Shown here piece by piece: positions 51,406 to 62,528 of a stretch of 64,000 bases of DNA. Source of the stretch: an uncultured Enterovibrio sp. (GTDB taxonomy: Bacteria; Pseudomonadota; Gammaproteobacteria; Enterobacterales; Vibrionaceae); NCBI GenBank assembly GCA_947041315.1, contig CAMRDW010000001.1, forward strand, positions 840 to 64,839. The letters run 5' to 3'. Under the pieces are notes generated by a model. The model worked only from the letters and a program-made list of their open reading frames with translations. It was not told where the DNA came from and did no database searches. The position numbers were made by a program, and so were the translations under genes. Within the stretch, counting starts at the first letter, position 1, and every line of letters starts with the position of its first letter.

Positions 51406-52572
51406 ATGAATCTGCACGAATATCAGTCAAAAAAGCTATTTTGTGAATACGGTTTGCCCGTTTCTGAAGGGTATGCTTGTGATACACCCCATGAAGCTGC
51501 AGAAGCGGCGGATAAACTGGGAGGAAATAAATGGGTTGTAAAATGCCAAGTGCATGCAGGGGGAAGAGGCAAGGCGGGTGGCGTTAAGCTTGTCAATTCT
51601 AAAGAAGAAATAAAAGAATTCGCTAAAAAATGGCTTGGAAATCAACTTGTTACTATTCAGACGGATGAAAAAGGCCAACCCGTTAGTAAAATTTTAGTGG
51701 AGTCTTGTTCAAATATTGAAAAAGAACTTTATTTTGGGGCTGTCCTCGATCGTAGTTCTCAACGCATTGTTTTTATGGCCTCAACGGAAGGCGGCGTTGA
51801 AATAGAAAAAGTAGCAGAAGAAACGCCGGAACTTATTTTTAAAACCTGCATTGACCCTTTAGTGGGGCCTCAGCCTTATCAAGGACGTGAGTTGGCTTTT
51901 AAACTCGGATTGACAGGAGGATTGGTCAAAGAGTTTACAAAGATTTTCATGGGCATTGCGACGTTATTTTCCGAAAAAGACGTTGCTTTGGTGGAAGTGA
52001 ATCCACTGATCATTACTGAAGAAGGTCATTTATTGTGTCTCGACGCAAAAATTACCATCGACAGTAACGCGCTCTTTCGTCAGGCCGAGCTTCGTGAAAT
52101 GCATGACATCACCCAAGAAGATCATCGAGAAGCCCTTGCTGCAAAATGGGAGCTTAATTATGTGGCCTTAGATGGAAACATTGGTTGCATGGTTAATGGA
52201 GCCGGTCTTGCGATGGGGACAATGGACATTGTTAATTTGCATGGCGGACGTCCTGCAAATTTCTTGGATGTGGGAGGCGGTGCGACGAAAGAGCGCGTTA
52301 CTGAAGCCTTTAAAATCATTTTGTCTGATCACAATGTCAAAGCTGTATTGGTGAATATCTTTGGTGGGATCGTTCGTTGTGATCTTATTGCGGATGGTAT
52401 TATTGGTGCTGTCGAAGATGTGGGTGTGAAAGTACCGGTAGTTGTGCGTCTTGAAGGAAACAATGCGCCTTTAGGTTTGTTAAAACTAAAAGAGTCAGGA
52501 TTGAATATTATCACCGCGAACACCTTGACGGAAGCGGCTGAAAAAGTCATTGATGCCGTAGAGGGGAAATAA
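51406..52572 (+). CDS. sucC: Succinyl-CoA synthetase beta subunit
   Basis: [37 protein letters not shown]. Confidence 0.98.
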   Translation: MNLHEYQSKKLFCEYGLPVSEGYACDTPHEAAEAADKLGGNKWVVKCQVHAGGRGKAGGVKLVNSKEEIKEFAKKWLGNQLVTIQTDEKGQPVSKILVESCSNIEKELYFGAVLDRSSQRIVFMASTEGGVEIEKVAEETPELIFKTCIDPLVGPQPYQGRELAFKLGLTGGLVKEFTKIFMGIATLFSEKDVALVEVNPLIITEEGHLLCLDAKITIDSNALFRQAELREMHDITQEDHREALAAKWELNYVALDGNIGCMVNGAGLAMGTMDIVNLHGGRPANFLDVGGGATKERVTEAFKIILSDHNVKAVLVNIFGGIVRCDLIADGIIGAVEDVGVKVPVVVRLEGNNAPLGLLKLKESGLNIITANTLTEAAEKVIDAVEGK

Positions 52573-53444
52573 TGTCTATTTTAATCAATAAAAATACAAA
52601 AGTGATCTGCCAAGGTTTTACGGGTGGACAAGGAACCTTTCATTCAAAGCAAGCCCTAGAATATGGAACGCAAATGGTTGGGGGTGTGTCTCCCGGTAAA
52701 GGTGGCACATTTCATTTAGATTTGCCGGTCTTTAATACTGTGTCTGAGGCTGTTGAAGCCACGGGCGCGACGGCAAGCGTCATTTATGTTCCTGCGCCGT
52801 TTTGTAAAGATGCCATATTAGAAGCCATCAGTGCGGGTATTAAGCTGATCGTGACAATCACAGAAGGCATACCCACGTTAGATATGCTGGATGTAAAAGT
52901 AAAATTAGATGAAGCAGGGGTTCGTATGATTGGACCCAATTGCCCTGGGGTGATAACCCCGGGTGAATGTAAAATAGGGATCATGCCAGGCCCTATTCAC
53001 AAAGCGGGAAAAGTCGGTATTGTTTCACGTTCAGGCACCCTTACTTATGAAGCCGTAAAACAAACAACAGACGAAGGTTTCGGACAGTCTACTTGTGTTG
53101 GAATTGGTGGGGACCCGATTCCTGGTTCTCACTTTATTGATATTTTATCTCTGTTTGAAGCGGATCCTGAAACCCAGGCCATCGTGATGATAGGGGAAAT
53201 CGGTGGCACCGCCGAAGAAGAAGCGGCTTCTTATATAAAAGAACATGTGACGAAACCTGTTATTGCTTATATCGCAGGAGTCACTGCACCTGCGGGAAAA
53301 AGAATGGGTCATGCGGGGGCCATTATTTCCGGTGGTAAAGGGACAGCAGCAGATAAATTTGCGGCTTTAGAAGAAGCCGGGGTTACGACGGTGAAAAGCC
53401 TTGCAGATATTGGTAAGGCTTTACGCGAACGTACGGGTTGGTAA
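52572..53444 (+). CDS. sucD: Succinyl-CoA synthetase alpha subunit
   Basis: QGFTG, GPNCPG, RMGHAGA. Confidence 0.98.
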   Translation: MSILINKNTKVICQGFTGGQGTFHSKQALEYGTQMVGGVSPGKGGTFHLDLPVFNTVSEAVEATGATASVIYVPAPFCKDAILEAISAGIKLIVTITEGIPTLDMLDVKVKLDEAGVRMIGPNCPGVITPGECKIGIMPGPIHKAGKVGIVSRSGTLTYEAVKQTTDEGFGQSTCVGIGGDPIPGSHFIDILSLFEADPETQAIVMIGEIGGTAEEEAASYIKEHVTKPVIAYIAGVTAPAGKRMGHAGAIISGGKGTAADKFAALEEAGVTTVKSLADIGKALRERTGW

Positions 53445-53526
53445 TGCTATTTGAAAGACATTTTTATCCATTTATGCCTTTAATACCTCTGTGTTTCGTT
53501 TTTTAGAGTGTATTTTATGAACAACA

Positions 53527-53569
53527 AGCCGCTTCATGAAGGTTCACTTTTATGAAGCGGTCTTTTTTT
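53527..53569. terminator. Long hairpin terminator between sucD and ppaC
   Basis: CCGCTTCAT...ATGAAGCGG followed by a T run. Confidence 0.7.
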
Positions 53570-53583
53570 ATAATAAAAGGGGT

Positions 53584-54504
53584 TCAGGAAAAGACGCTTT
53601 GCAATTGAGGTATGATTTGTTTTTTCCGACTTAAGACACCATCCAGCCACATACGACCATTTTTACATTTTTGTCCGTATGCTTTTTCAATCAGGCTGAT
53701 ATCATCAGAAACGACGAGAAGTTCTGAGCCTTCTTTCATTATGTCAGTTAAGAGTAAGATGACACTGTGGTGTTCACCTTCTTTTTTGAGTAAGGCAATA
53801 TCGGCTTCGAGTTCTTCTTTGATATCATTAAAAACAGATAAATCAACAACTTCAAGTTGACCGATTCCAATGAGGTGCTCGTTCATTTTGAAGTTTTTAT
53901 AATCACGCATCACAAGTTCACGTACAGGGGTCCCTGTAACGGCAGACTTGATGTTGAACATTTCCATTCCAAGTTGATTAACATCTTCTATCTTGGCTAT
54001 TTTAGCGAGATCTTCAACACACCGGATATCCGCCGTCGTGCATGTCGGTGATTTAAAAATAACCGTGTCGCTCAAAATGGCGCAAAGCATAATGCCTGCG
54101 ATATTTGGAGGAATGGTAATACCATGAAAATCGTACATCATTTTGATCACGGTGTTGGAGCATCCAACGGGACGAATCCAGCATTCAAGGGGGGTAGAGG
54201 TGGTTAAATCTCCGAGTTTGTGATGGTCAACAATGCCAACAATGGTCGCTTCATTGATGTCGTCGGGTGCTTGCGTTAATTCAGAATGATCAACGATAAA
54301 AACATTTTCACCTGCATAGCTTTCTTTGAGAGCGGGCGCTTCAATACCAAAACGTTCCAAAATGAACTGGGTCTCAGGTGACAGCGCACCAAGGCGAGTT
54401 GCAATTGCAGGCTCATCGATTTGGTTTTTTAGGTATGCAAGAGCGATTGCACCACAGATTGAATCAGAATCTGGGATCTTATGACCCACGACATACATTG
54501 GCAT
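53584..54504 (-). CDS. ppaC: Mn-dependent inorganic pyrophosphatase (family II, DHH)
   Basis: GHKIPDSDS, VDHS, VDHH, AILSDT, SRKKQ. Confidence 0.95.
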   Translation of the reverse strand: MPMYVVGHKIPDSDSICGAIALAYLKNQIDEPAIATRLGALSPETQFILERFGIEAPALKESYAGENVFIVDHSELTQAPDDINEATIVGIVDHHKLGDLTTSTPLECWIRPVGCSNTVIKMMYDFHGITIPPNIAGIMLCAILSDTVIFKSPTCTTADIRCVEDLAKIAKIEDVNQLGMEMFNIKSAVTGTPVRELVMRDYKNFKMNEHLIGIGQLEVVDLSVFNDIKEELEADIALLKKEGEHHSVILLLTDIMKEGSELLVVSDDISLIEKAYGQKCKNGRMWLDGVLSRKKQIIPQLQSVFS

Positions 54505-54577
54505 GTTAAGTCCTCATTATATTCATATTTGAAAGTGAATCTAGTTTACCAAAGAGGGCTTAAATGTGCATTGCCTT

Positions 54578-54709
54578 TATCCCCTTTGCTTTTGAAGCGC
54601 CAGGGTTCCTTCTAAGATTGCAGCGAATTTATATTCCAATCACATACGCAATCTAAACTCTGATTTTGTTCCTTGTTGCCGAGCTGTATCTTTACATATC
54701 CTGGGTGTA
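54578..54709 (+). repeat. ERIC-like MITE, strongly decayed; possibly a second tandem copy to 54823
   Basis: tatcccctttgcttttgaagc...ccaatcacata...ctgggtgta. Confidence 0.55.
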
Positions 54710-55111
54710 TCCTCCTCCCCCTTATAGGATGATGGGTTTCTTTGTTTGTCGTTCAAGGGCATAATTTTTTGGGGACCCATCAAACTCAATGCCTTCTGAC
54801 TGTTTTTTATTCTGTATGGGTATTAGAGCTTAGGCGGACTGGTAGTTTGTAAATTGATTGGTCCCGTTTTTTGAAAAGGACACGAAGGAAACTGGAGAGA
54901 AAAAGAGTTCAAAAACCCCGTTTTTAATTAACGAGGTTTTTGAAGAAAAGGTTTAATGAGATGCCTTTGTAACACTGGACTCCGGACCGTTTTTGCGTTT
55001 TATCACCGTTTCTGATGACACGTAATTGATTTAAAAATAAGTGCGCGCTGGTCAGGTTGAGGTTTTCTTCTGTTAAATAAAATAAGTTATAAAAAGTATT
55101 CAAACCATTGA

Positions 55112-55414
55112 TTACAAATCACGCATTAGAATTTCAAATTCTTCATTGGCTTCATCAATAAGATTTTCGAGATCCTTCGCATCGTCATGATTGAAAGGAA
55201 CTTGCCATAGAGTGGGTTTGCCGTTGGAGGTATTTTTGCCGAATAATTTTGTTATTTTTCCTTCTTGTTCAAAATGAAGCTCTAAAAATTCAGCGGCGTG
55301 GTGTTGCTTTTTTTCTATGATTTCAATCTCGACTAAACCCGTTGGAATGACTTGTACATGAGCATGGAGCTTTTTTGTGTCTTTCAGTAGATAGTTTCTG
55401 TGTTTTGCGAGCAT
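55112..55414 (-). CDS. Hypothetical cytoplasmic protein, 100 aa
   Basis: AGGGGGA RBS, globular-looking sequence, acidic C-terminal helix EANEEFEILMRDL. Confidence 0.7.
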   Translation of the reverse strand: MLAKHRNYLLKDTKKLHAHVQVIPTGLVEIEIIEKKQHHAAEFLELHFEQEGKITKLFGKNTSNGKPTLWQVPFNHDDAKDLENLIDEANEEFEILMRDL

Positions 55415-55685
55415 GATTCCCCCTGAAATGTCACCTATCGATTGCTCAATAATTGTAGTCAAGGAGAGGCGTTTGAGAGAAGAGAAGGAGTAAAAATGAC
55501 TGATTTTATAAATAAGACTTTGATGCATTTATAATTTTTTATTAAATATGAGAACGCGCGTTTGTTTGTTTTTTGCTCGTTTTTGTTACAAAAAGAAATT
55601 TTTAGTTCGTTTTTGATTTATATTGCTTTATTCATGGGATTGTGAGAATTAAGCTGCATTTTTTGTTTTTGATGTAGGGCTTTTT

Positions 55686-56381
55686 ATGTTTAGTTTCGTT
55701 TTTCAAAATGATGATTTTATTTTGATTGATAAACATCCAGGGATCAGTGTTCATAAAGATGAAAACGAAACATCGCTTTTGCTTGAAATTGCGAAAGTAA
55801 CGGGTGATAAGCAATTATATCTCATTCATCGTCTTGATAAAATGACGTCGGGTCTTTTGTTATTGGGGCGTCATCAAGAAGCGGCCTCTTTATTGTCTTC
55901 TCTTTTTGCACAAAGAAAAGTAGAAAAGTATTACTTGGCTTTGTCATCTAAAAAACCGAACAAAAAACAAGGGGCCATTATAGGTGACATGTCTAAAAGT
56001 CGACGTTCTATGTGGAAATTGCTCTCAAGCAGAGAAAATCCGGCGATAACGCAGTTTTTTTCAATGTCTGCCGGTCAAGGATCCCGTGCATTTCTTTGCA
56101 AGCCCTTAACGGGAAAAACCCATCAAATACGCGTGGCATTAAAAAGTCTTGGTTCAGCGGTTCTTGGTGATGAGATTTATGGGGGTGCTAAAGCAGATAG
56201 AGGGTACCTACACGCCTATTCTTTGCGTTTTATATATAAAGAAAAAGAATTTAATTTTATTGTACCACCAACAATTGGGACACAATGGAGTCTGCCAAAG
56301 GCGGCTTGGTCGCGCCCTTTTGAAATGAGTTGGCCTGTATTACTAAATAAGAAAAAGAATGATTATACCCAAAGGAATTGA
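55686..56381 (+). CDS. RluA-family pseudouridine synthase (TIGR01621-like)
   Basis: DKHPG, HRLDKMTSG, TGKTHQIRV, GDEIYG, LHAY. Confidence 0.9.
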   Translation: MFSFVFQNDDFILIDKHPGISVHKDENETSLLLEIAKVTGDKQLYLIHRLDKMTSGLLLLGRHQEAASLLSSLFAQRKVEKYYLALSSKKPNKKQGAIIGDMSKSRRSMWKLLSSRENPAITQFFSMSAGQGSRAFLCKPLTGKTHQIRVALKSLGSAVLGDEIYGGAKADRGYLHAYSLRFIYKEKEFNFIVPPTIGTQWSLPKAAWSRPFEMSWPVLLNKKKNDYTQRN

Positions 56382-56490
56382 AGCTGCGTGTAGGCGGCAA
56401 GTGAATAAAACCCCTGAGCATAGATGGGCTCTATGATTGGGTTGAGCGAGCGAAGCCTACACCCACGCAACTTCAATGGCGACAGGTATA
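56364..56490 (-). repeat. ERIC-like MITE, 127 bp, overlapping the last 6 codons of the upstream CDS
   Basis: TATACCCAAAGGAATTGAAG...CTTCAATGGCGACAGGTATA. Confidence 0.92.
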
Positions 56491-56558
56491 ATGAAAGAAA
56501 ATCTTATTGTGTTTATGGGTCTCATACCTCATCCCGCGAATACTTACTTGGAAATAGA

Positions 56559-57524
56559 ATGATGGATTTGGGTGCGTTACCTTTTTTATTTGAATTATTA
56601 TCCTCGCGTCTTTTAAAGAGCGATAAAGAGATAAGAAGACTCTTTCATGGCAGAGGCTGTGTTTATTCAGGATTAGAGCAAATAACCCTTGATTGGTTGG
56701 GATGTGGTATTTTATCAATTGGTGTTTTTAAAGAACAAGATCTTGCTTTTTATGATGAACTTACAAAGCAGGTAAGTGCTTTTACTCACACTGATGTTTG
56801 GATGAAAAAAGGAGGGGTGGGAATACTGCTTCAACATCGTGCTCGTGCGGGCGCTCCTATTGAGGTTTTATTTGGTGAAATTCCCCGTTACCTCAATGTC
56901 GTAGAAAACGGTCTTACCTTTAAACTTGAATTAGGTCAACGTCAAAATAATGGATTGTTCTTAGATATGCGCTTAGGACGTCAATGGGTTTTAGAGCATA
57001 GCCTTGGAAAGCGAGTGTTAAATTTATTTTCGTATACCTGTGGTTTTTCTGTTGCGGCGATAGAAGGAGGGGCTAAACACGTTGTGAATTTGGATATGGC
57101 GAAATCTTCTTTGTCTCGAGGTAAAGAGAATCATTTGTTAAACCAGCATGATTTAAAACAAGTTCATTTTTTAGGGCATGAACTTTTTAAATCTTGGGGG
57201 AAAATAAAAAAATATGGCCCTTATGATTTAATGATCATCGATCCTCCTTCTTTTCAAAAAGGCAGTTTTGTACTTACAAAAGACTACGCAAGGATCTTAC
57301 GGCGTTTACCGGAGCTTTTAGTTGAAGGTGGAGAGGTTTTAGCTTGTGTTAATGCACCTGAGATCCATCCGTCTTTTTTGTTGGATCAAATGTCTCAATG
57401 TGCGCCTTTATTTCGTTTTATAGAACGATTAGAAAACCCTCCCGAATTTGACGATATAGACATAAATAAGACCTTAAAGGTCATGTACTTTAAACATTCA
57501 AATGACATTCAAAAGAGAGAGTAA
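56559..57524 (+). CDS. Class I SAM-dependent methyltransferase, RlmI/RlmK-like
   Basis: GLFLDMR, VLNLFSYTCGFS, NLDMA, IIDPPSF; RRLFHGRG N-terminal motif. Confidence 0.88.
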   Translation: MMDLGALPFLFELLSSRLLKSDKEIRRLFHGRGCVYSGLEQITLDWLGCGILSIGVFKEQDLAFYDELTKQVSAFTHTDVWMKKGGVGILLQHRARAGAPIEVLFGEIPRYLNVVENGLTFKLELGQRQNNGLFLDMRLGRQWVLEHSLGKRVLNLFSYTCGFSVAAIEGGAKHVVNLDMAKSSLSRGKENHLLNQHDLKQVHFLGHELFKSWGKIKKYGPYDLMIIDPPSFQKGSFVLTKDYARILRRLPELLVEGGEVLACVNAPEIHPSFLLDQMSQCAPLFRFIERLENPPEFDDIDINKTLKVMYFKHSNDIQKRE

Positions 57525-57543
57525 AAAAAGGAAAAGGTCCTTT

Positions 57544-57673
57544 TATACCCCTTGCCTCTGATCTTGCGTGGGTGTTGGTTATGCATGTTCACGATTCAAT
57601 TAGATCGCTCATCTGTGCTCAGAGGTTTCATGAGCTTTTCGCAGACACAGATCTTCAACTACGTTGGGGTATA
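57544..57673 (+). repeat. ERIC-like MITE
   Basis: TATACCCCTTGCCTCTGA...tgtgctcagaggtttc...TGGGGTATA. Confidence 0.8.
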
Positions 57674-57802
57674 TGGCGATACTCAATATGAGTGAGAATG
57701 CTGTAAGGGAGGAAGGAAGAAAAGCCCCTGAGTCTATATGGTCTATCTGATTCGGCTTTGAAGGGGATACAAAAAAACTTCAGCTTTAAAGGCGAGGGTA
57801 TA
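57670..57802 (-). repeat. ERIC-like MITE, inverted and sharing TATA with the previous copy
   Basis: aaagcccctgagtctatatggtc...ctttaaaggcgagggtata matches the reverse copy at 56364. Confidence 0.7.
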
Positions 57803-58164
57803 AGAGACATGTTTAAAATACAAAAAGCGTTTAGGTGTATTTTTTCTTTTAAAAAGGAAAATAAGTAAAAATATGACCTCAAACTTATTGTCATTCTTTC
57901 TTATGGCAAGCTCAGAAATGACGTACACCCGTCATTTCGCACCTAACCTCGGTATTTTAAAATTTGATGTTGAAACTAAAATTGAAAGGCAAATTTCTCA
58001 CTTAGCGTGACCTTAAAATACGAATGAGTGGGTCGCGCTCTTTAAGTTTGCCTATAAAATTATATTTCTTTTCATGTGCGAAATGATGGGTGCAAAGTGT
58101 CTCTTCAATTATTTAATTAATGAAGAGACTGAAGCCTTGTGTATCTCGATTGGGGGAGCATTTT

Positions 58165-58608
58165 TTATACGCCGTTATGCGGCATGACTTTTTCTTTGGG
58201 TTCAATACCTGCATTTAGGCAATCGCCAATCCCGATAACGCGAGCTAAAACAGCTTTACCACGAGAATCACGGAAAAGTAATTTGTAAGTCAGTCCTTGC
58301 TCAAGCAAAGAGACAATTTCTTTATCTCGACAGTAGGTATTTTGAATGCTTTTCGCTAAGGGAATGGGAGAGATATCGCCTTTGCCCGTGAAAAAAAGTG
58401 TCAGTTCTATTTCTGAACCTTTTGCTTTTGCACGTAATAAATTATATCCATTTAATTCAATAGGCACGATTTTTGAGAGCATTTCCGCCCGTTGTTTAGC
58501 AAAAGATTCTGCAAGTTCGACTTCTGGTGGAGTGCTGCTGCATCCAGAAAGAACGATTGCTAAAGTAGCAAAAAGTGCCATTCGTCCAGATTTTAACATT
58601 TTGCACAT
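58165..58608 (-). CDS. Type II secretion pilotin lipoprotein, AspS-type
   Basis: Lipobox VLSGC, LA..RA..LS..VP, YC, LL.QGLTY; adjacent to yciI as in vibrios; start uncertain. Confidence 0.7.
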   Translation of the reverse strand: MCKMLKSGRMALFATLAIVLSGCSSTPPEVELAESFAKQRAEMLSKIVPIELNGYNLLRAKAKGSEIELTLFFTGKGDISPIPLAKSIQNTYCRDKEIVSLLEQGLTYKLLFRDSRGKAVLARVIGIGDCLNAGIEPKEKVMPHNGV

Positions 58609-58644
58609 TAGTTGAAGACTCCTCGCGTTGAATGTTTCATAGTG

Positions 58645-58947
58645 TCAGGCTGGTAACACTTTCTTAAAGGGTTTAACGATGACGTTTTTATAAACGCCAG
58701 CTTTAATATAAGGGTCAGCATTTGCCCACGTTTTAGCCTCTTCTAAATTGTGAAATTGAGCAATGACAGTTGACCCAGAAAAACCTGGGTCGGTTGTTTC
58801 TTCATGATCTGAAATAGGATGAGGACCCGCAACAAATAAACGACCTTGATTGTCTAGCTCTTGGAGGCGCATTAAATGCTCACTTCGAACCTTGAGACGT
58901 AAGGGTAAACTATTTTCTACGTCTTCTGAAAAAATAATATACCACAT
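58645..58947 (-). CDS. yciI: YciI family protein
   Basis: MWY.IF, EHL.RL, AGPHP, GS.VIA.F, ADPY..AGVY. Confidence 0.92.
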   Translation of the reverse strand: MWYIIFSEDVENSLPLRLKVRSEHLMRLQELDNQGRLFVAGPHPISDHEETTDPGFSGSTVIAQFHNLEEAKTWANADPYIKAGVYKNVIVKPFKKVLPA

Positions 58948-59001
58948 TCTATTTGTACTCCTGTGTTCTCTTATTTGATAGAGTAATTTCTAATGTGGTT
59001 A

Positions 59002-59403
59002 TTATGCCGTAGTTATAGGTCGTGGGCGACTATTACCATCAATTGCAACATAATTAAATTTTGCCTTACAGACTTTTTTACGTTTACCGATGCCGTTGGC
59101 ATAAACGGGTTTAACCCAGACCTCAAGTTCAATGCTCATCGATGTTCTGCCAATATGAACACATTTGCCATAACAACATACAACATCTCCAACCGAAACA
59201 GGTGTTTTAAAAACAATTTCTTCAACAGAAACAGTGACCACTTTTCCTTGAGATATTTCTTTTGCGAGCATTGCACCAGCTAAATCAAGCTGTGACATGA
59301 TCCAACCACCGAAAATATCGCCATTTGCATTCGTATCTGCAGGCATTGCGAGAGTACGTAGTAAAAGCTGACCTTTAGGGGGGGGGCTTGTTTCTGACGC
59401 CAT
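59002..59403 (-). CDS. yciA: Acyl-CoA thioester hydrolase YciA
   Basis: LRTLAMPADTNANGDIFGGWIMSQLD. Confidence 0.95.
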   Translation of the reverse strand: MASETSPPPKGQLLLRTLAMPADTNANGDIFGGWIMSQLDLAGAMLAKEISQGKVVTVSVEEIVFKTPVSVGDVVCCYGKCVHIGRTSMSIELEVWVKPVYANGIGKRKKVCKAKFNYVAIDGNSRPRPITTA

Positions 59404-59467
59404 AGAATATCCTGGGAATTAAACCGTTTAAAAAGACGGGCTGAAAAAGAGAAAATGATGATACGTT

Positions 59468-60007
59468 TTATTCAATATCATTGTTTTTCGGTAGGTATTT
59501 ATAAATATAAAGACCTGTTACGACAGTATACACCAGCGTTAATGTTAGCAGACCAAAGACCTTAAAATTTACCCAAAAATCCAAAGGCATCCTGTAGGCA
59601 ACGTAGATGTTAACGCCGGCAAGCAAGGTAAAAAAGAGGACCCAAGCGTGATTAATATTTGTCCAAACGCCATCAGGTAAACTGATTTCTTTTCCAAGCA
59701 TCCCTTTTATAAGCGGCTTTCCTAAAAAGTGAGAGACCATTAAGCCGATAGCAAATATTGCGTAAACAATCGTGACTTTCCATTTAATAAAATTATCGTC
59801 TTGAAAGAAAAGGGTCATGCCACCAAAAGAAATGACAAGGCAGGTTGTGATCAGCTGCATTTTTTCTATTTTTTTGTACATTATCCAAGTGACAAGAAGT
59901 TGGATAAGGGTCGCGACAATGAGTGCGCCTGTTGCCATATAGATATCATGGGTTTTGTAAAGGGCGAAAAAAATAACTAAGGGAATAAAATCGATGAGTT
60001 GCTTCAT
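59468..60007 (-). CDS. yciB: Intracellular septation protein A (YciB/IspZ)
   Basis: [28 protein letters not shown]. Confidence 0.95.
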   Translation of the reverse strand: MKQLIDFIPLVIFFALYKTHDIYMATGALIVATLIQLLVTWIMYKKIEKMQLITTCLVISFGGMTLFFQDDNFIKWKVTIVYAIFAIGLMVSHFLGKPLIKGMLGKEISLPDGVWTNINHAWVLFFTLLAGVNIYVAYRMPLDFWVNFKVFGLLTLTLVYTVVTGLYIYKYLPKNNDIE

Positions 60008-60042
60008 TAAAATGTGTGTCCTTTTGTTTGAAATAGGCAAGA

Positions 60043-60169
60043 TATACCCAAAGTAATTGACGTTGCGTGTAGGCGGCAAGTGACTGACGCCCCCGAGCGT
60101 AGATGGACTCTGTGATTGGGCTGAACGAAACTAGCCAACATCCACACCGCTTCAAAGGCGACGGGTATA
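60043..60169 (-). repeat. ERIC-like MITE, 127 bp, well conserved
   Basis: TATACCCAAAGTAATTGACG...CTTCAAAGGCGACGGGTATA. Confidence 0.93.
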
Positions 60170-60241
60170 ATGAGGCTTAGTGTACATAAAAGAGTGAAAA
60201 GTTAATACGCAAATGCATCAAGATCCAACTTTAAACAAATT

Positions 60242-60274
60242 GAAAACAACCCCCTCTAAAATTTTAGGGGGGTG
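60242..60274 (-). terminator. Probable trp operon terminator
   Basis: Minus strand ACCCCCCCTAAAATTTTAGAGGGGGT followed by TGTTTTC. Confidence 0.6.
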
Positions 60275-60385
60275 TACATGGTTCATATTGGTATGGGTTT
60301 ACTTTAGAAGGCCCTGTAACAAATAAAAAGTTCGCGTAATTTAGATTAAGTGTTTGCGTCAAAATGAAGGTGTTTCTTTTATTTT

Positions 60386-60496
60386 TATATGCCTCGACGT
60401 TGAAGATGCAGGCTTGTTGGTTGCATTCTCAAAACCCAATCACACCGTACAGCCGTGCTCATGGGCTTCGCTCGATTACTTTAAATATCCCTGAGT
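60386..60496 (+). repeat. ERIC-like MITE, decayed, abutting the trpA stop
   Basis: tatatgcctcgacgttgaagatgc...cccaatcacac...tgctcatgggcttcgctcg. Confidence 0.65.
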
Positions 60497-61330
60497 TCAG
60501 GCGTCTGATTGTTTGTGGGTGGCTGCTTTCATGTTGCGTACGAAGGTCGCCAGAGCCAAAAGCATTTGCGCTTCATCATGCTGATGGCGTTCTATTAATT
60601 TAACGATGGCCGAGCCTGAAATCGCCCCAGCGGCCCCCGCTAAAATCGCTTCTTTCACTTGTGTCGGCTCCGAAATTCCAAATCCAAGTAAAGGGGGAGG
60701 GGCTTTGAGTTGAGCCAGTTTATCTAATAAGGGGGTAATGGGTTTTCCTGCTTTAATTTCGGCCCCCGTGACGCCTGCACGGGACACTAAATAAGTGTAA
60801 CCACTGCCGAATTGGGCAATGTTTTTGAGGGTGGTTTCATTGGCATTGGGAGGAGCGATAAAAATACTGTGAACGCCGTATTTCATCGCACTTAGACGAA
60901 AAGACTCAGACTCACCGGTGGGGACATCTGCAATTAAGACAGAATCTACACCGGAATGAGCGCATTGTGCGTAGAAATTGTCAACGCCATTGGCAAATAC
61001 AAGGTTGGCATACATTAAAAGTCCGATGGGGATCGATGGGTATGCGTTTCGTATGTCTTTTACAATACCAAAACAGATGGGTGGGGTGGTGCCTGCTTCA
61101 AGAGCTCGAAGTGCGGCCGCCTGTAATGTGGGTCCATCGGCGAGCGGATCTGAAAAGGGAATACCGAGTTCAAGTGCGTCTGCGCCATTGTCAATCAAGG
61201 TTTTAATGATCTTTAAAGAAAGAGAGGGCGTTGGATCTCCAACGGTGACAAAAGGAACAAAAGCGCCTTCTTGTTTCGCGTCTAATTCTTTAAACATCGT
61301 ATCATAGCGAGAAGATAAGGGGAGGGTCAT
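60497..61330 (-). CDS. trpA: Tryptophan synthase alpha chain
   Basis: [36 protein letters not shown]; ATGA overlap with trpB. Confidence 0.96.
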   Translation of the reverse strand: MTLPLSSRYDTMFKELDAKQEGAFVPFVTVGDPTPSLSLKIIKTLIDNGADALELGIPFSDPLADGPTLQAAALRALEAGTTPPICFGIVKDIRNAYPSIPIGLLMYANLVFANGVDNFYAQCAHSGVDSVLIADVPTGESESFRLSAMKYGVHSIFIAPPNANETTLKNIAQFGSGYTYLVSRAGVTGAEIKAGKPITPLLDKLAQLKAPPPLLGFGISEPTQVKEAILAGAAGAISGSAIVKLIERHQHDEAQMLLALATFVRNMKAATHKQSDA

Positions 61331-62520
61331 TCGCACAGTCCTTTTTCTTTTAAAATATCATGCACAGTGAAAATATCTTTGTCTCCTCGTCCTGACAAAT
61401 TTACCACGAGGAGCTGTTCTTTATGTGGATGTTCATGGGCCATTTTTAAGGCATAGGCCAATGCATGGGCAGACTCTAAGGCGGGAATGATCCCTTCTTG
61501 ACGGGCAAGACGCTGAAATGCGTCTAAGGCTTCGTTGTCGGTGATAGAGACATACTGAGCGCGTCCTGTTGCATTTAAATGGGCATGTTGTGGGCCAACG
61601 GAAGGGAAATCAAGGCCCGCTGAAATAGAATAAGACTCTTCTATTTGTCCGTTGCAGTCTTGCATGAGAGGGGATTTCATACCAAAAAAAATCCCGAGCT
61701 TTCCGTGTTTAAGAGGGGCGCCGTGTTGGTTTGTATCAATGCCATACCCTGCGGGTTCAACCCCTATCAATTGCACTTCTTTGTTTTCTAAAAAATCGTT
61801 AAACATCCCAATGGCATTGGATCCGCCGCCAACACAGGCAATTAATGCATCGGGTAAGCGCCCTTCTTTTTGTAAAATTTGTTTTTTGGTTTCTTCACCG
61901 ATGATTTTTTGAAATTCTCGTACGATGGTAGGGAATGGGTGAGGGCCTGCGGCTGTGCCCAAAAGATAATGGCTGGTATCGTAGGTTCCACTCCAATCGC
62001 GAAGGGCTTCATTGCAGGCATCTTTGAGGGTGCCTGAGCCTGAATGAACCGGGATCACTGTGGCTCCCATGAGTTTCATACGGAAAACATTGGGGCTTTG
62101 TCGCTCTACGTCTTTTGCACCCATATAAACGCGGCATTTTAATCCGAGAAGGGCGCAAGCCAGTGCAGTTGCAACGCCGTGTTGTCCTGCCCCTGTTTCT
62201 GCAATGATCTCATTTTTTCCCATGCGCTTGGCTAAAAGCGCTTGGCCTAAAACTTGGTTGGTTTTATGGGCGCCCCCATGAAGCAAATCTTCACGTTTTA
62301 GATAGAGGGTTGTTTTTGTATTTTTTATGAGATTTCGACACTGAGTTAGCGCCGTAGGGCGTCCTGCATAGTCTTGAAGTAATGAAATGAATTCATTTTG
62401 AAAATGAGGATCGTCAAGGGCCTCAATAAAGGCCTCTTCTAATTGATCCAATGCGGGGACGAGGATTTGCGGGACAAATTGGCCGCCAAATTCGCCAAAA
62501 TAAGGGTTTAGTTTTGTCAT
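61327..62520 (-). CDS. trpB: Tryptophan synthase beta chain
   Basis: [34 protein letters not shown]. Confidence 0.98.
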   Translation of the reverse strand: MTKLNPYFGEFGGQFVPQILVPALDQLEEAFIEALDDPHFQNEFISLLQDYAGRPTALTQCRNLIKNTKTTLYLKREDLLHGGAHKTNQVLGQALLAKRMGKNEIIAETGAGQHGVATALACALLGLKCRVYMGAKDVERQSPNVFRMKLMGATVIPVHSGSGTLKDACNEALRDWSGTYDTSHYLLGTAAGPHPFPTIVREFQKIIGEETKKQILQKEGRLPDALIACVGGGSNAIGMFNDFLENKEVQLIGVEPAGYGIDTNQHGAPLKHGKLGIFFGMKSPLMQDCNGQIEESYSISAGLDFPSVGPQHAHLNATGRAQYVSITDNEALDAFQRLARQEGIIPALESAHALAYALKMAHEHPHKEQLLVVNLSGRGDKDIFTVHDILKEKGLCE

Positions 62521-62528
62521 AGTGGGCC

